Shown: positions 19,700 to 28,321 of the stretch, one piece after another
How the letters are laid out: each line of letters starts with the position of its first letter
How positions within the stretch are numbered: the first letter of the stretch is position 1
DNA from: Dongiaceae bacterium
GTDB taxonomy: Bacteria; Pseudomonadota; Alphaproteobacteria; Dongiales; Dongiaceae
Direction of reading: 5' to 3'
DNA: 64,000 nucleotides
Assembly (NCBI GenBank): GCA_050180895.1
Contig: JBFXDS010000017.1
Span: 3,559 to 67,558, forward strand
Notes under the pieces: model-generated
The model's database searches: none
What the model saw: only the letters and a program-made list of their open reading frames with translations
What the model was told of the DNA's origin: nothing
Translations under genes and position numbers: made by a program

Positions 19700-20168
19700 G
19701 GCGGGCGATCGGCTGGATGAACTGGGGCTCGATGTCCCAGGGGAACAGGATCCAGGTGTCCTGGCTGACCTCGGTGATGAAGGTGTCGACGAGCGGCCGG
19801 CCGGCCGGCTTGGCGTAGACGGTCGCGAAATGCGCCTTCGGCAGCATGTCCCGCACCGCCTTGGCGGTCTTCCCGGTATCTACGAGATCGTCGATGATGA
19901 GCCAGCCGGCCCCATCCCCGGCGACGCCCTTCAGGATGCTGAGCTGCCCCTGGTTGCGCTCGTCGTAGCTGGCGATGCAGATGGTGTCGATCAGCCGCAC
20001 CTCCAGCTCGCGGGCGACGATCGCCGCCGGCACCAGCCCGCCGCGGGTGATGGCGACGATGCCCTTCCACGGCCCCTTCTCGATCAGGCGCCAGGCGAGC
20101 GCCTTGGCGTTGCGGTGCAATTCTTCCCAGGTGACCGGGAAATTCTTCTGGAATGGGCCGGCACTCAC
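19686..20168 (-). CDS. gpt: xanthine-guanine phosphoribosyltransferase
   Basis: 160 aa, collinear with E. coli Gpt: [70 protein letters not shown]. Confidence 0.9.
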   Translation of the reverse strand: MSAGPFQKNFPVTWEELHRNAKALAWRLIEKGPWKGIVAITRGGLVPAAIVARELEVRLIDTICIASYDERNQGQLSILKGVAGDGAGWLIIDDLVDTGKTAKAVRDMLPKAHFATVYAKPAGRPLVDTFITEVSQDTWILFPWDIEPQFIQPIARLTQP

Positions 20169-20234
20169 GACATTCCCCTCTCGAACGGGCGGACCCGTCG
20201 TCTAGCACGGGGCGGCGTCGACGCAAATACCGTC

Positions 20235-20666
20235 TCAGACGCTCTGATCCGGTGCCCGCATGAGCCAGCAGCCGTTGATGCGCCAGCTGCCGTCGGGCTG
20301 GCGCTGCATCTCGTAGACCGCCAGCGCCGGATTGCCGTCCGGCCCGATGACGAAAACGTCCTGCAGCAGCCGGCCGTTCTCGGTCCGCAGCGCGCGGAAC
20401 TCCACCGTGCGCGGGCGGTAGACGGCGGCATAGCCGGTGCGCACCATCTCCATGAAGATGTCGGCGTTGCCGAACTTCTGCTGGATGGTGGGCGAGGCGA
20501 AGGCATAGGCGCCCGGCCCGTCGTCGCGGCGAAAGGCGGCCATCTGCGCTTCGATGATCTGGCGGATGGCCGGCGCATCGGCTTCGTCGGCCGGCGCCGC
20601 GGCGGGGTGCCCGGCAACGGCGGCAAGCAGGGCCAGCAGTCCCATCAGTCTCGTCAACACGCGCAT
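20235..20666 (-). CDS. DUF4864 domain-containing secreted protein
   Basis: Signal peptide, then AIRQIIEAQMAAFRRDDGPGAYAFASPTIQQKFGNADIFMEMVRTGYAAVYRPR, as I recall for DUF4864. Confidence 0.6.
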   Translation of the reverse strand: MRVLTRLMGLLALLAAVAGHPAAAPADEADAPAIRQIIEAQMAAFRRDDGPGAYAFASPTIQQKFGNADIFMEMVRTGYAAVYRPRTVEFRALRTENGRLLQDVFVIGPDGNPALAVYEMQRQPDGSWRINGCWLMRAPDQSV

Positions 20667-20793
20667 CGTCCGACCTCCGCGACAGGATCACGTTCCCCAT
20701 CATACGCGCAAACGCGGCCTTTGGTTTCGCCGGAACAGGCGACGGGCCGGCGCTCCGTGGAGCGTCGGCCCGTGCCATAGGCGTTGCGGTTGA

Positions 20794-21657
20794 TCAGCGG
20801 ATGTAGAGGCGTATCTCGTGGACGTCGGACGGCGGACCGTCCCAGGACTGCAGGCTAACACGATCCGGTCCAATTCCCAACGCCGCCAGCGAGCGCATGA
20901 CCGCCGCCGCCTGGCTCTGCGCCAGGGCGGCGCGGGACTCCGCCTCCTCGGCGCTGGCGGCCTGCGGCGTCACCGCGACGAGATCGAAGGCGACGTTCGG
21001 CCGGCGGGCGACGGCCCGCCGCACGGCCGCGGCCAAGGCCGGCTCGTAGCCGACGTTGCTCCGGTTGAAGCGGATGGTGACGTAGGGACGGCCGGAGGCG
21101 ACGCCCGATCCGGGTGGCAGCGCGGGCAGGCGATCGACGGCGGCGGTCTCCGCGGCGGCCGATTGCGGCGCCGGCGCAGCTTCCGGCGCGGCGGGCGGCA
21201 GGTCGGCCTCGGTCCCCTCGCCGGCGGCGAGATCCTCCGGCGCGGAGTCGTTGCCGTCGCCGGCCGGCGCGGGGAGCGGCTCCGCCGGGGGCGGGGGTTC
21301 CGGCGCGGCGGCCGGTTGATCCACCTCGGCATCGCTGTCGGCACCAGACTCTGCCGCGGCGTCGCTTGCCTCGGCGGCCGGCGCGGCCTGCTCCTCGACG
21401 GCGGACGCGTCGGCATCCGTCGCCGCTTCCGCCGGATCAACCGGCACGGCGGCGGTTTCCGCCGTCGCTGCTGCCGTTGACCGTTGTGCGGGTCCACCGG
21501 CCGGGTCGCTCGGCGCCGTCGCCGCCTCGCTGGCGTCGGCGGCCGCGCTCGGGGCATCGGGCGACGAGCCGGCGCAGGCGGCAAGCCCGGTCGCGAGCAA
21601 CGCGGCGAATAGACCCCGCCGCAGCCCCAAACCGCTGCAAACCCGCGCCCGCACCAT
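20794..21657 (-). CDS. lipoprotein with Ala/Pro/Glu-rich low-complexity linker
   Basis: Lipobox LLATGLAACAGS, about 150 aa of A/P/E/D-rich sequence, and a folded C-terminal ~90 aa that is faintly OmpA_C-like (AAVMRSLAALGIGPDRV). Confidence 0.55.
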   Translation of the reverse strand: MVRARVCSGLGLRRGLFAALLATGLAACAGSSPDAPSAAADASEAATAPSDPAGGPAQRSTAAATAETAAVPVDPAEAATDADASAVEEQAAPAAEASDAAAESGADSDAEVDQPAAAPEPPPPAEPLPAPAGDGNDSAPEDLAAGEGTEADLPPAAPEAAPAPQSAAAETAAVDRLPALPPGSGVASGRPYVTIRFNRSNVGYEPALAAAVRRAVARRPNVAFDLVAVTPQAASAEEAESRAALAQSQAAAVMRSLAALGIGPDRVSLQSWDGPPSDVHEIRLYIR

Positions 21658-21889
21658 GCCGTCCTCGGCTGACCGCATTCATCCTCCCGCTACGCACCGC
21701 CGCCTCGGCCGTGGGCGCCGGCGGCGGGCATCCTAGACAAGGGGCGCGCCGGCTCACAAGGCCGCAACGAGCGACCGGCGGTGCCCGTAGCGGGGCGGCA
21801 GCGCGACGGTGCCAGCCTTGCCATCACCCGCGGCATTGTGTAGCGTCCGCCGCCGGTTTGCCGCCGCCGTCACGCGGGGGCCCGTGCAT

Positions 21890-21966
21890 GCGCCCGTAGC
21901 TCAACTGGATAGAGCACCAGACTACGGATCTGGGGGTTAGGGGTTCGAATCCTCTCGGGCGCGCCA
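21890..21966 (+). tRNA. tRNA-Arg (anticodon ACG)
   Basis: GCGCCCGTAGCTCAACTGGATAGAGCACCAGACTACGGATCTGGGGGTTAGGGGTTCGAATCCTCTCGGGCGCGCCA. 7-bp acceptor stem, anticodon loop CT-ACG-GA, T-loop GGTTCGAATCC, encoded CCA. Confidence 0.95.
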
Positions 21967-21968
21967 AC

Positions 21969-22212
21969 TCACGCCTTCGCTGCTTGATGTTCGTCCCGGG
22001 CAACAGACCAGACTTCGCGCGCCGCGTCGGCATTGAGCGCGGCGATGCCGAGGCCGACGGATCAGGTCCGGCCATGCAGACCTCCACGCAAACGCCGTCA
22101 GCAATCCCGCAACGACGATGGCGATGTTGGCGAGCGCGTCGTTGCGGGCCGAGAGAAACGCCTTGCGCGTCAGGCTTCTGCTATGCGTGCGTTTCAATAG
22201 ATCAATCACCAT
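21969..22212 (-). pseudogene. truncated and frameshifted cation-diffusion-facilitator (CDF) relic
   Basis: The track ORF 21937..22212 runs into the tRNA. A 1-nt frame change after WPDLI restores VGLGIAALNADAAREVWSVARDEHQAAKA*, ending at 21969. Only about 80 aa of a C-terminal TM region (ARNDALANIAIVVAGLL..WPDLIVGLGIAAL) remain. Confidence 0.5.
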
Positions 22213-22586
22213 GCGATGTGTCTGACCAGCATCAGCCCCACGAACAGCGCGCCGACCGAGGCGAGGACGGAGAGGAGTACGTAGACAACCGCAATCGACG
22301 TCGTGCCGCGCTCAAACAGCAGCGCCGCGTCGAGCGAGAACGCCGAGAAGGTCGTGAAGCCCCCGAGGATTCCCGTCGTCAGGAACAGACGCCAGTGCTG
22401 GCCGGGATCGAACTTGAGCGCGAACCACTCGGCCAGAAAGCCCATGACGAGCGAGCCCGCGATGTTCACGCAGAGCGTGCCGAACGGAAATCCGGGAGCG
22501 AACAGAGCCGCCGCGGCGACGTTCACGCCGTGGCGCATCGCGCCCCCGAGACCGGCCCCGAGGAAGACAATCAGATACGCATACAT
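22206..22586 (-). CDS. crcB: fluoride ion channel CrcB/FluC
   Basis: 126 aa, 4 TM, GAGLGGAMRH..FPFGTLCVNIAGSLVMGF..GILGGFTTFSAFS. Preceded by a fluoride riboswitch. Confidence 0.9.
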   Translation of the reverse strand: MYAYLIVFLGAGLGGAMRHGVNVAAAALFAPGFPFGTLCVNIAGSLVMGFLAEWFALKFDPGQHWRLFLTTGILGGFTTFSAFSLDAALLFERGTTSIAVVYVLLSVLASVGALFVGLMLVRHIAW

Positions 22587-22637
22587 GGATCACCCCGCTT
22601 GTTGTCGCGACAGCAGGGCGCGTTCGGATGCGTCGGG

Positions 22638-22720
22638 AAAAAAATGACCCTACCGCGCTCGAAAGCGCCCGGCAGGAGTCATCAGCCTTGCGGCGGTTAT
22701 CGGGGAACCCCATCCCCATC
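22638..22720 (-). promoter_or_regulatory. fluoride riboswitch (crcB motif) with terminator-type expression platform
   Basis: The minus-strand RNA GGGGAUGGGGUUCCCCGAUAACCGCCGCAAGGCUGAUGACUCCUGCC (22717-22671) fits the crcB motif (GAUGG..UUC..AUAAC..CCGC..GCUGAUGA..CCU). It is followed by an imperfect hairpin overlapping the aptamer 3' end and a U7 run (22644-22638). Confidence 0.85.
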
Positions 22721-22876
22721 CTCTTCAGGATAGCATAGAGCTTCCCGCGGCGGCAGAGGACAAATGCGGCGGGCCAGTGCCTCTACAATGACATGGCGGT
22801 TTCCAGTTCATCCTCTCCGCTGCGCCAAATCCATGCCAGAGTGCGATGTCGTCGTTCCCGCCTCTCGGGAGGTTTG

Positions 22877-23140
22877 ATGGTGGCGTGGTCGCCCGACCCG
22901 GATGCGCTGCGCGGACGCGTGGCTGTCGTCGCGGGAGCGACCCGCGGCGCGGGCCGGGGTATCGCCGCGGCCTTGGGCGAGGCCGGCGCCACGGTCGTTT
23001 GCACGGGACGGAGCACGCGCCAGGCGAGGTCCGAATATGATCGCCCGGAAACGATCGAGGAGACGGCCGAGTTCGTTTCGGCTCTGGGCGGCAAGGGAAT
23101 CGCTGTCGCCATCGATCATCTCGATCCCGACCGCGTGAAG
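22877..23140 (+). pseudogene. N-terminal fragment of an SDR family oxidoreductase
   Basis: RBS GGGAGG then MVAWSPDPDALRGRVAVVAGATRGAGRGIAAALGEAGATVVCTGRS..GGKGIAVAIDHLDPDRVK. Homology stops near 23140, after about 88 aa of an expected ~250. Confidence 0.65.
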
Positions 23141-23144
23141 GATC

Positions 23145-23342
23145 ATGGGCACCGTGTTCGGCGCGGCGACGATGCTGTCGAGCCTGGGCATGGCCTTCGG
23201 ACCCTTGGCCGGCGGCTGGATGTTCGACAGCTTCAATGCCTATGGCTGGCTCTTCATCGGCTCGTTCGCCGTCGGGCTCGGCGCGGTGGCCGTGGCGCTC
23301 GCCTTCCCGCCGCTGCCGCGCGAGCGACTCCAGCCTGAGTGA
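23145..23342 (+). pseudogene. C-terminal fragment of an MFS transporter
   Basis: 65 aa: GTVFGAATMLSSLGMAFGPLAGGWMFDSFNAYGWLFIGSFAVGLGAVAVAL, i.e. the last two TM helices only. Abuts the SDR fragment in another frame. Confidence 0.6.
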
Positions 23343-23391
23343 GCGCCTTCTGCACGCGGAGCCGCGGAATATCTGCGAGGCTGCCGCCGTC

Positions 23392-24210
23392 CTAGCGCCG
23401 CCCGGCGACGGTGACGAACTCTCCGGGGATGCGATAGCGGCCGTCGGAGGTGCGGTGCTCCCGGACCGAGGCGAGGAACTCGCCTTTCACCTCCGCCATC
23501 ACCGCCGCAGTGAACCGCTTGACCGCCAGCGCGACGGGCCCGCCACGAAGCATCGCCGTCAGCAGCGCCCGCTCGTCGGGGAATGCCAGCACCTCCTGCT
23601 GGCGGCGCTCCCGGATGTCGCCGAGGTCCGCCGCCTCGAAATCGCTGCGGAGAGCGTCGGGTGCGCCGGCGGCGAAGAACAGCGGGCAGACCTCGGAGGC
23701 GACGCGTGCATCGACGATGGGGAAGATCTCGGCCCAACCGCAATTCCGGCGCTCGCCCCAGACGGTGGCCGCGACGCGCCCGCCCGGTCGCACGGCGCGC
23801 CGCATCGACATGACGGCGAGGCGTGGATCCGGGACATACATGAGGCCCAGGGCGCAGAGCGCCGCGTCGAACCGCCCCTCCTCGACGGCGAGGTCGTCGG
23901 CGTTCATCCGGGCGGTCTTCACCCAGCCGAGACCTTCGTCGGCGCAGCGGCGCGCCGTCAGGTCCACCATGTTCTGCGACAGGTCGGTCGCGACGACCTC
24001 GCCGTCCGGGCCGACCGCTTCGGCGATCATCCTCGTTACGAGGCCGCTGCCGCAGGCGGCTTCGATCACGCGTTCGCCGCGCGAAAGGGCGGCCGTTTCG
24101 AGAAGCGTCCGTTGGGCGGGCCGCAGCGGCTCCCGCCAGCCGTCCTCGTAGAAGGCCGAGGCGGCATCCCAGCCGTAGCGCTGCACGCGGTTCTGCAGTT
24201 TCGGGTCCAC
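23392..24210 (-). CDS. class I SAM-dependent methyltransferase
   Basis: VIEAACGSGLVTRMIAEAVGPDGEVVATDLSQNMV (motif I/II), FDAALCALGLMYVPDP. Confidence 0.8.
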   Translation of the reverse strand: MDPKLQNRVQRYGWDAASAFYEDGWREPLRPAQRTLLETAALSRGERVIEAACGSGLVTRMIAEAVGPDGEVVATDLSQNMVDLTARRCADEGLGWVKTARMNADDLAVEEGRFDAALCALGLMYVPDPRLAVMSMRRAVRPGGRVAATVWGERRNCGWAEIFPIVDARVASEVCPLFFAAGAPDALRSDFEAADLGDIRERRQQEVLAFPDERALLTAMLRGGPVALAVKRFTAAVMAEVKGEFLASVREHRTSDGRYRIPGEFVTVAGRR

Positions 24211-24214
24211 GGCG

Positions 24215-24727
24215 TCACCCGCTTCCCGCCACGACCCGGGTCTTGACGTTCTGCGCGTCTCTCAGCGCGATGAAGAAAGGATCGATGGCGAGGGCGCGGT
24301 CGACCATCGCCGTGACCTGTTCCCAGGGCGCGGCGCTCGTCACCGCGATCGTGAACCGGGTTTCCAGCGGCGCGGCCGAATTGCCGCCGACGCCGAGCAT
24401 GGCGCCGTCGTCGAAATCCATCTCGACATCGACATCGATCGCGTCGATCGCGATGCCCTCGCGGGTCGCCGCGAGCTTGATGCCGATCGCGACGCAGCCC
24501 ACGAGACCGGCGCGGATGAAGAAGCCGGGCGTCGGGGCCGTGCCGTCCCCGCCGATGCCCTTGCCCATGTCCATGACGGCCTCATGACCGCCCTGACGGA
24601 CCCTGCATGTGAGGCCGTCGCCAAGATGCCCGTTCGCCCGGACCGAGCTGAAGGCCGCGTTCGGCTTCTTATGGAAAACAGCGATGATTCGTTCCTGCGC
24701 GGCCCGAATCTGGGCATTGCGGTCCAT
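24215..24727 (-). CDS. OsmC family peroxiredoxin-like protein
   Basis: Start set at Met 24727 inside ORF 24215..25045. GGDGTAPTPGFFIRAGLVGCVAIGI and the C-terminal half are OsmC-like. 4 nt upstream of the methyltransferase. Confidence 0.6.
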   Translation of the reverse strand: MDRNAQIRAAQERIIAVFHKKPNAAFSSVRANGHLGDGLTCRVRQGGHEAVMDMGKGIGGDGTAPTPGFFIRAGLVGCVAIGIKLAATREGIAIDAIDVDVEMDFDDGAMLGVGGNSAAPLETRFTIAVTSAAPWEQVTAMVDRALAIDPFFIALRDAQNVKTRVVAGSG

Positions 24728-24869
24728 GGCGCCAATCCTCCGCCGAGCGGGGCTTCGCCCCCATATGAGCCCAGTACGACCGTGGCGAACAAGGGAGCCG
24801 ATGTGGCGGACCACATCGGCGCCTCCTGGCGCCGCCGGAAGCGATACCACGATCGCCTGCGCCTCCGCG

Positions 24870-25292
24870 TCAGTCCTTGGGAACGATATCCGGATTGAAG
24901 GCGATCTCCCACAGATGTTCGTCCGGATCCTGGAAGTAGCCGGCGTAGCCGCCCCAGAATGTCCTCTGCGCCGGCTTGACGATCCTGGCCCCAGCTTTCG
25001 CGGCCTGCGCCATGACGGCATCCACCTCGGCCTCGCTGCCGACATTGTGGGCGAGGCTGAACTCCGTGGGGCTGCGGGCGGACCGGGGGATACCGACGTC
25101 GTGGGCGAGATCGTCGCGCGCCCAGATCGCGAGCTTCAAGCCGCCCTGCAACTCGAGGAAGGCGACGGCGCCGTGCTCGAACTCCCTGCCGACGATCCCC
25201 TGGGTCGGAAACCCGAGTCCGTCCCGATAGAAGGCAAGCGACCGTTCGAGGTCGTCGACGCCTAGGGTGATCAGCGTGATCCGCGGCTTCAT
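24870..25292 (-). CDS. VOC (glyoxalase/bleomycin-resistance) family protein
   Basis: MKPRITLITLGVDDLERSLAFYRDGLGF..FWGGYAGYFQDPDEHLWEIAFNP. Confidence 0.8.
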   Translation of the reverse strand: MKPRITLITLGVDDLERSLAFYRDGLGFPTQGIVGREFEHGAVAFLELQGGLKLAIWARDDLAHDVGIPRSARSPTEFSLAHNVGSEAEVDAVMAQAAKAGARIVKPAQRTFWGGYAGYFQDPDEHLWEIAFNPDIVPKD

Positions 25293-25587
25293 GGAACGCC
25301 TCCGTGAGTGCGATTGGGCTTTTTGCGACGTTCCAGCTTACCTCGACCCGCGGCATGGGCACGCTGGACGTCTTGAAGCGAAACGGCCAAGCAGCGGACG
25401 AGTTGCACGCCCGGGTCGGGCAAAGGGCAGGATTCGCCCGCCGGATCGCCGGACCGCCGGCCGCTGCGCCAAATGTCGGTGGTTCGCCGAGCCGGGTTCG
25501 CATAACCTGGGGGCGAAGGCACAATCCATCCATTCGCCCGAGCCGGCGGACATCTGCGCCGGCCGAAACTCTTCAGGAGGAACGCTC

Positions 25588-26121
25588 ATGACGGGGAAAC
25601 TCATTTCGGGTCTTGTCGCCGTGTATCTGGCTGTCGCCCTGACTCCCGACAGCGCCGCCGGCTGGGATCCCGCCAACGAGAAGCTGGCGCACAACGCGAT
25701 CGCGGAATTCAAGAAGGCGGATCCGGGCATCGAGACCTTCTTCAACGAATCCCATGGCTATGCCGTCTTTCCCGAGATCACCAAGGGCGCCATCGGCATC
25801 GGCGGCGCCCAAGGCGACGGCACGGTCTTCGAGGGCGGCAGCAGCATCGGGTCCAGCACGATGACGCAGGTGACCATCGGCCTGCAGCTCGGCGGCCAGA
25901 CCTACCGGGAGATCATCTTCTTCAAGGACAAGACCGCGCTCGACAGTTTCAAGGCCGGAAACTACGAGGTCGCGGCGGGCGCATCGGCCATCGCCCTCAA
26001 AGATGGGGCTTCGAAGACCGCGGCCTACGACAACGGCGTCGCCGTCTTCACCATGGGTACGGGCGGCCTCATGTTCGAAGCCAGCATCGGCGGCCAGAAG
26101 TTCAGCTACGAACCCAAGTAG
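25588..26121 (+). CDS. lipid-binding SYLF (YSC84/DUF500) domain protein, secreted
   Basis: RBS AGGAGG then MTGKLISGLVAVYLAVAL; GYAVFPEITKGAIGIGGAQGDG..QVTIGLQLGGQTYREIIFF..GGLMFEASIGGQKFSY. Confidence 0.7.
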   Translation: MTGKLISGLVAVYLAVALTPDSAAGWDPANEKLAHNAIAEFKKADPGIETFFNESHGYAVFPEITKGAIGIGGAQGDGTVFEGGSSIGSSTMTQVTIGLQLGGQTYREIIFFKDKTALDSFKAGNYEVAAGASAIALKDGASKTAAYDNGVAVFTMGTGGLMFEASIGGQKFSYEPK

Positions 26122-26176
26122 GGGATCGTCCGACCGCGCCGACGGGCCTTCCGCCGGCACGATCGGACATCCGCTT

Positions 26177-26395
26177 CAACCGCGGATGAACGCCAGCGGA
26201 TCGGCGTTGAACTCGTCCTGGTGCGTCTGCGGCAGGCCGTGGCCGCCGCCCGGATAGACCCTTCGGCTTGGCGTCGGCGACGATCTTCACAGACGGCAGC
26301 GCCGAGGCGCCGATCGGCATGATCTGATCGTCGTCGCCATGGAGGATGAGGGTCGGCACGTCGATCCTCGCAACTTTCGCAAGACGTCCCGGACG
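26177..26395 (-). pseudogene. C-terminal relic of an alpha/beta hydrolase, frameshifted
   Basis: VPTLILHGDDDQIMPIGASA..KIVADAKPK in one frame and VYPGGGHGLPQTHQDEFNADPLAFIRG* in another. There is no N-terminal catalytic half. Confidence 0.6.
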
Positions 26396-26439
26396 TGGCG
26401 GTCTTTCGCCCGCCATGGCCGCCGCGCGGCGGCCATGAT

Positions 26440-26997
26440 CTACAGGCCGAATGTCCGCTTTATCCGGTCGGCACACTCCTGCGGCGTGGCGCGGCTCGTG
26501 TCGACTTCGAGATCGTAGGTCATGTCGGTGTGGACGCGGTCGTATTGCCAGCGCGCCAAGCCGATCATGCGGTCCCCGCGTTGACGCTCCCGGGCTTCGA
26601 GAACCTCCAACGGGGCGAAGACGCCGACCCGGACGACATCGAAGGGGGACAGGAGGTCCGCATACTCCGCCTTGGCGCTGCCGAGCAGGACATCGTCCAC
26701 GATCAGGTTGTTTCCCTGCCCGGCCATGGCGGCGATCGCGTGCCGCATGCCGCGGAAGGCCCGCGCGGCGACCGATCCCTCCTTGATGACGACCAGCACC
26801 TTGCCGCCCTCCTGCGCCGTCTCGAAGACGAGTCCGTCGGGATGACCGAAACAGGCCTCAGGCAGCATATCGAGGAATGCATCCATCTCGACATGGAGGA
26901 AGGGCTCGGCCGCCATTGCCTGCAACGCCTTGGCGATCGAGCTCTTGCCGGCGCTGCCGACGCCGTTGAGCAGGACTATCCGAGCCGTCGTGTTCAA
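26440..26997 (-). CDS. chloramphenicol phosphotransferase-like (CPT family) P-loop kinase
   Basis: RIVLLNGVGSAGKSSIAKAL..FLHVEMDAFLDMLP..LIVDDVL..WQYDRVHTDMTYDLEVDTS. Probable TTG start at 26997. Confidence 0.7.
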   Translation of the reverse strand: MNTTARIVLLNGVGSAGKSSIAKALQAMAAEPFLHVEMDAFLDMLPEACFGHPDGLVFETAQEGGKVLVVIKEGSVAARAFRGMRHAIAAMAGQGNNLIVDDVLLGSAKAEYADLLSPFDVVRVGVFAPLEVLEARERQRGDRMIGLARWQYDRVHTDMTYDLEVDTSRATPQECADRIKRTFGL

Positions 26998-27316
26998 GGC
27001 GCACCTGTCGGGTCCGATAAGAGAAAGCGCATTCCGATGCGCTTCACGATCATCGTCAAGGCCAACGATGCGGGCTTGGCAGCGAGTGTGCTTGGGCGAG
27101 CAGCGTCTCGACCGAACGGCACGCAAGACTGCTGACAGCGGTGTGTCAGGAGCAGACGGATGAACTGCTGACAGGCGCTGATTCTTGACTATAGTCGCGC
27201 GCGTCAGACCACAGCTCGCCCTCTGCCAAAGACCCCAACCGTGACGGTGCCCGCCGGGTGGGGGATAGCGCGATTTCAAGCACTTGGCGGCGCCGCTGAA
27301 AAAAGCCGGCCGCTGC

Positions 27317-27343
27317 TGTCGATCTCGGCGCGCTCCGTTCGAC
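27317..27343 (+). promoter_or_regulatory. candidate ECF-type promoter P2: TGTCGAT-N16-CGACT
   Basis: TGTCGA 27317-27322, 17 nt, CGAC 27340-27343, about 73 nt upstream of the PhnB-like/DGPF/MFS/DUF1772 operon. Same architecture as the site at 33276. Confidence 0.55.
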
Positions 27344-27415
27344 TGTAGGAGGAAATCCAGTTCCGCCGGTCCAATTCCGGTCCGACGGCCTAACCCGAAC
27401 CATAAGGATGAGGTC

Positions 27416-27829
27416 ATGAAAGTCCAATCGTACCTGAACTTCGACGGCCGCTGCGAGGAGGCGCTCGATTTCTACCGGAAAGGGCTCGACGCCGAGGTGA
27501 CGATGCTGTTGCGGTTCAAGGACAACCCCGAAGCCGGCTCATCCGGCGGCGTCGCGCCCGGCACCGAGAACAAGGTCATGCATTCGAGCTTCCGCATCGG
27601 CGATACGGAGGTGATGGCCTCCGACGGCTACTGCCAGGGCAAAGGGACGTTCCAGGGTGTTTCGCTGGCGCTCTCGGTGGCGAGCGATGCCGAGGCCAAG
27701 CGGCGCTTCGATGCTCTAGGCGACGGCGGCAAGGTGCAGCAGCCTCTGATCAAGACCTTCTTCTCGTCGAGCTTCGGCGTGGTCGCCGACCGCTTCGGCG
27801 TGTCGTGGATGGTGGTCGTGGAGTCGTGA
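27416..27829 (+). CDS. VOC family protein, PhnB-like
   Basis: MKVQSYLNFDGRCEEALDFYRKGLDAEV..VMHSSFRIGDTEVMASD..FFSSSFGVVADRFGVSWMV. Confidence 0.8.
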   Translation: MKVQSYLNFDGRCEEALDFYRKGLDAEVTMLLRFKDNPEAGSSGGVAPGTENKVMHSSFRIGDTEVMASDGYCQGKGTFQGVSLALSVASDAEAKRRFDALGDGGKVQQPLIKTFFSSSFGVVADRFGVSWMVVVES

Positions 27830-27867
27830 CGACGTCGATCGACCTCAAACTCCAAGGAGACGCAGGC

Positions 27868-28296
27868 ATGCGATACATGATGCTGATGATTCCCAAAGGC
27901 TACGAGACGGCGGCGCCGGGCACCGTGCCGGACGCCAAGGGCGTCGAGGCGATGATGAAATACAACGAGGCCCTGCATAAGGCCGGCGTGCTGCTCGCGC
28001 TCGACGGCCTGCACCCGCCCTCGATGGGCGCGCGCGTCTCGTTCTCGGGCGGGAAGCCCCGGGTGACCGACGGGCCCTTCGCCGAGACGAAGGAGGTGCT
28101 CGGCGGCTACTGGATGATCCAGGTGAAATCCAAGGAAGAGGCGATCGAATGGGCCAAGCGCTGCCCGGCCTCGGACAACGAGGTGATCGAAATCCGTCAG
28201 GTGCAGGAGATGGAGGATTTCCCGGCCGACGTGCAGGAGGCCGCCGCCGGGTTTTCCGAGATGCAGACGGCGGCCGGGCAGCGCAGGGGATCGTGA
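27868..28296 (+). CDS. YCII-related (DGPF) domain protein, paralog 5
   Basis: MRYMMLMIPKGYE..RVTDGPFAETKEVLGGYWMIQVKSKEEAIEWAKRCP. Confidence 0.8.
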   Translation: MRYMMLMIPKGYETAAPGTVPDAKGVEAMMKYNEALHKAGVLLALDGLHPPSMGARVSFSGGKPRVTDGPFAETKEVLGGYWMIQVKSKEEAIEWAKRCPASDNEVIEIRQVQEMEDFPADVQEAAAGFSEMQTAAGQRRGS

Positions 28297-28321
28297 GACG
28301 GGCCCGTCGGCCGCCGCGGGC

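Noticed and set aside
21937-22212. The track ORF of 91 aa overlapping the tRNA-Arg 3' end as an intact gene.
   Set aside because: Its C-terminal 30 residues are translation of the tRNA and spacer. A 1-nt frame change restores a plausible CDF C-terminus that stops just outside the tRNA. It is therefore reported as a frameshifted relic instead.
25420-25470. TGTCGG-N17-TTCG upstream of the SYLF-domain gene as another ECF42-type promoter.
   Set aside because: Both the -35 and the -10 deviate from the motif shared by the three better sites, so it is indistinguishable from chance.
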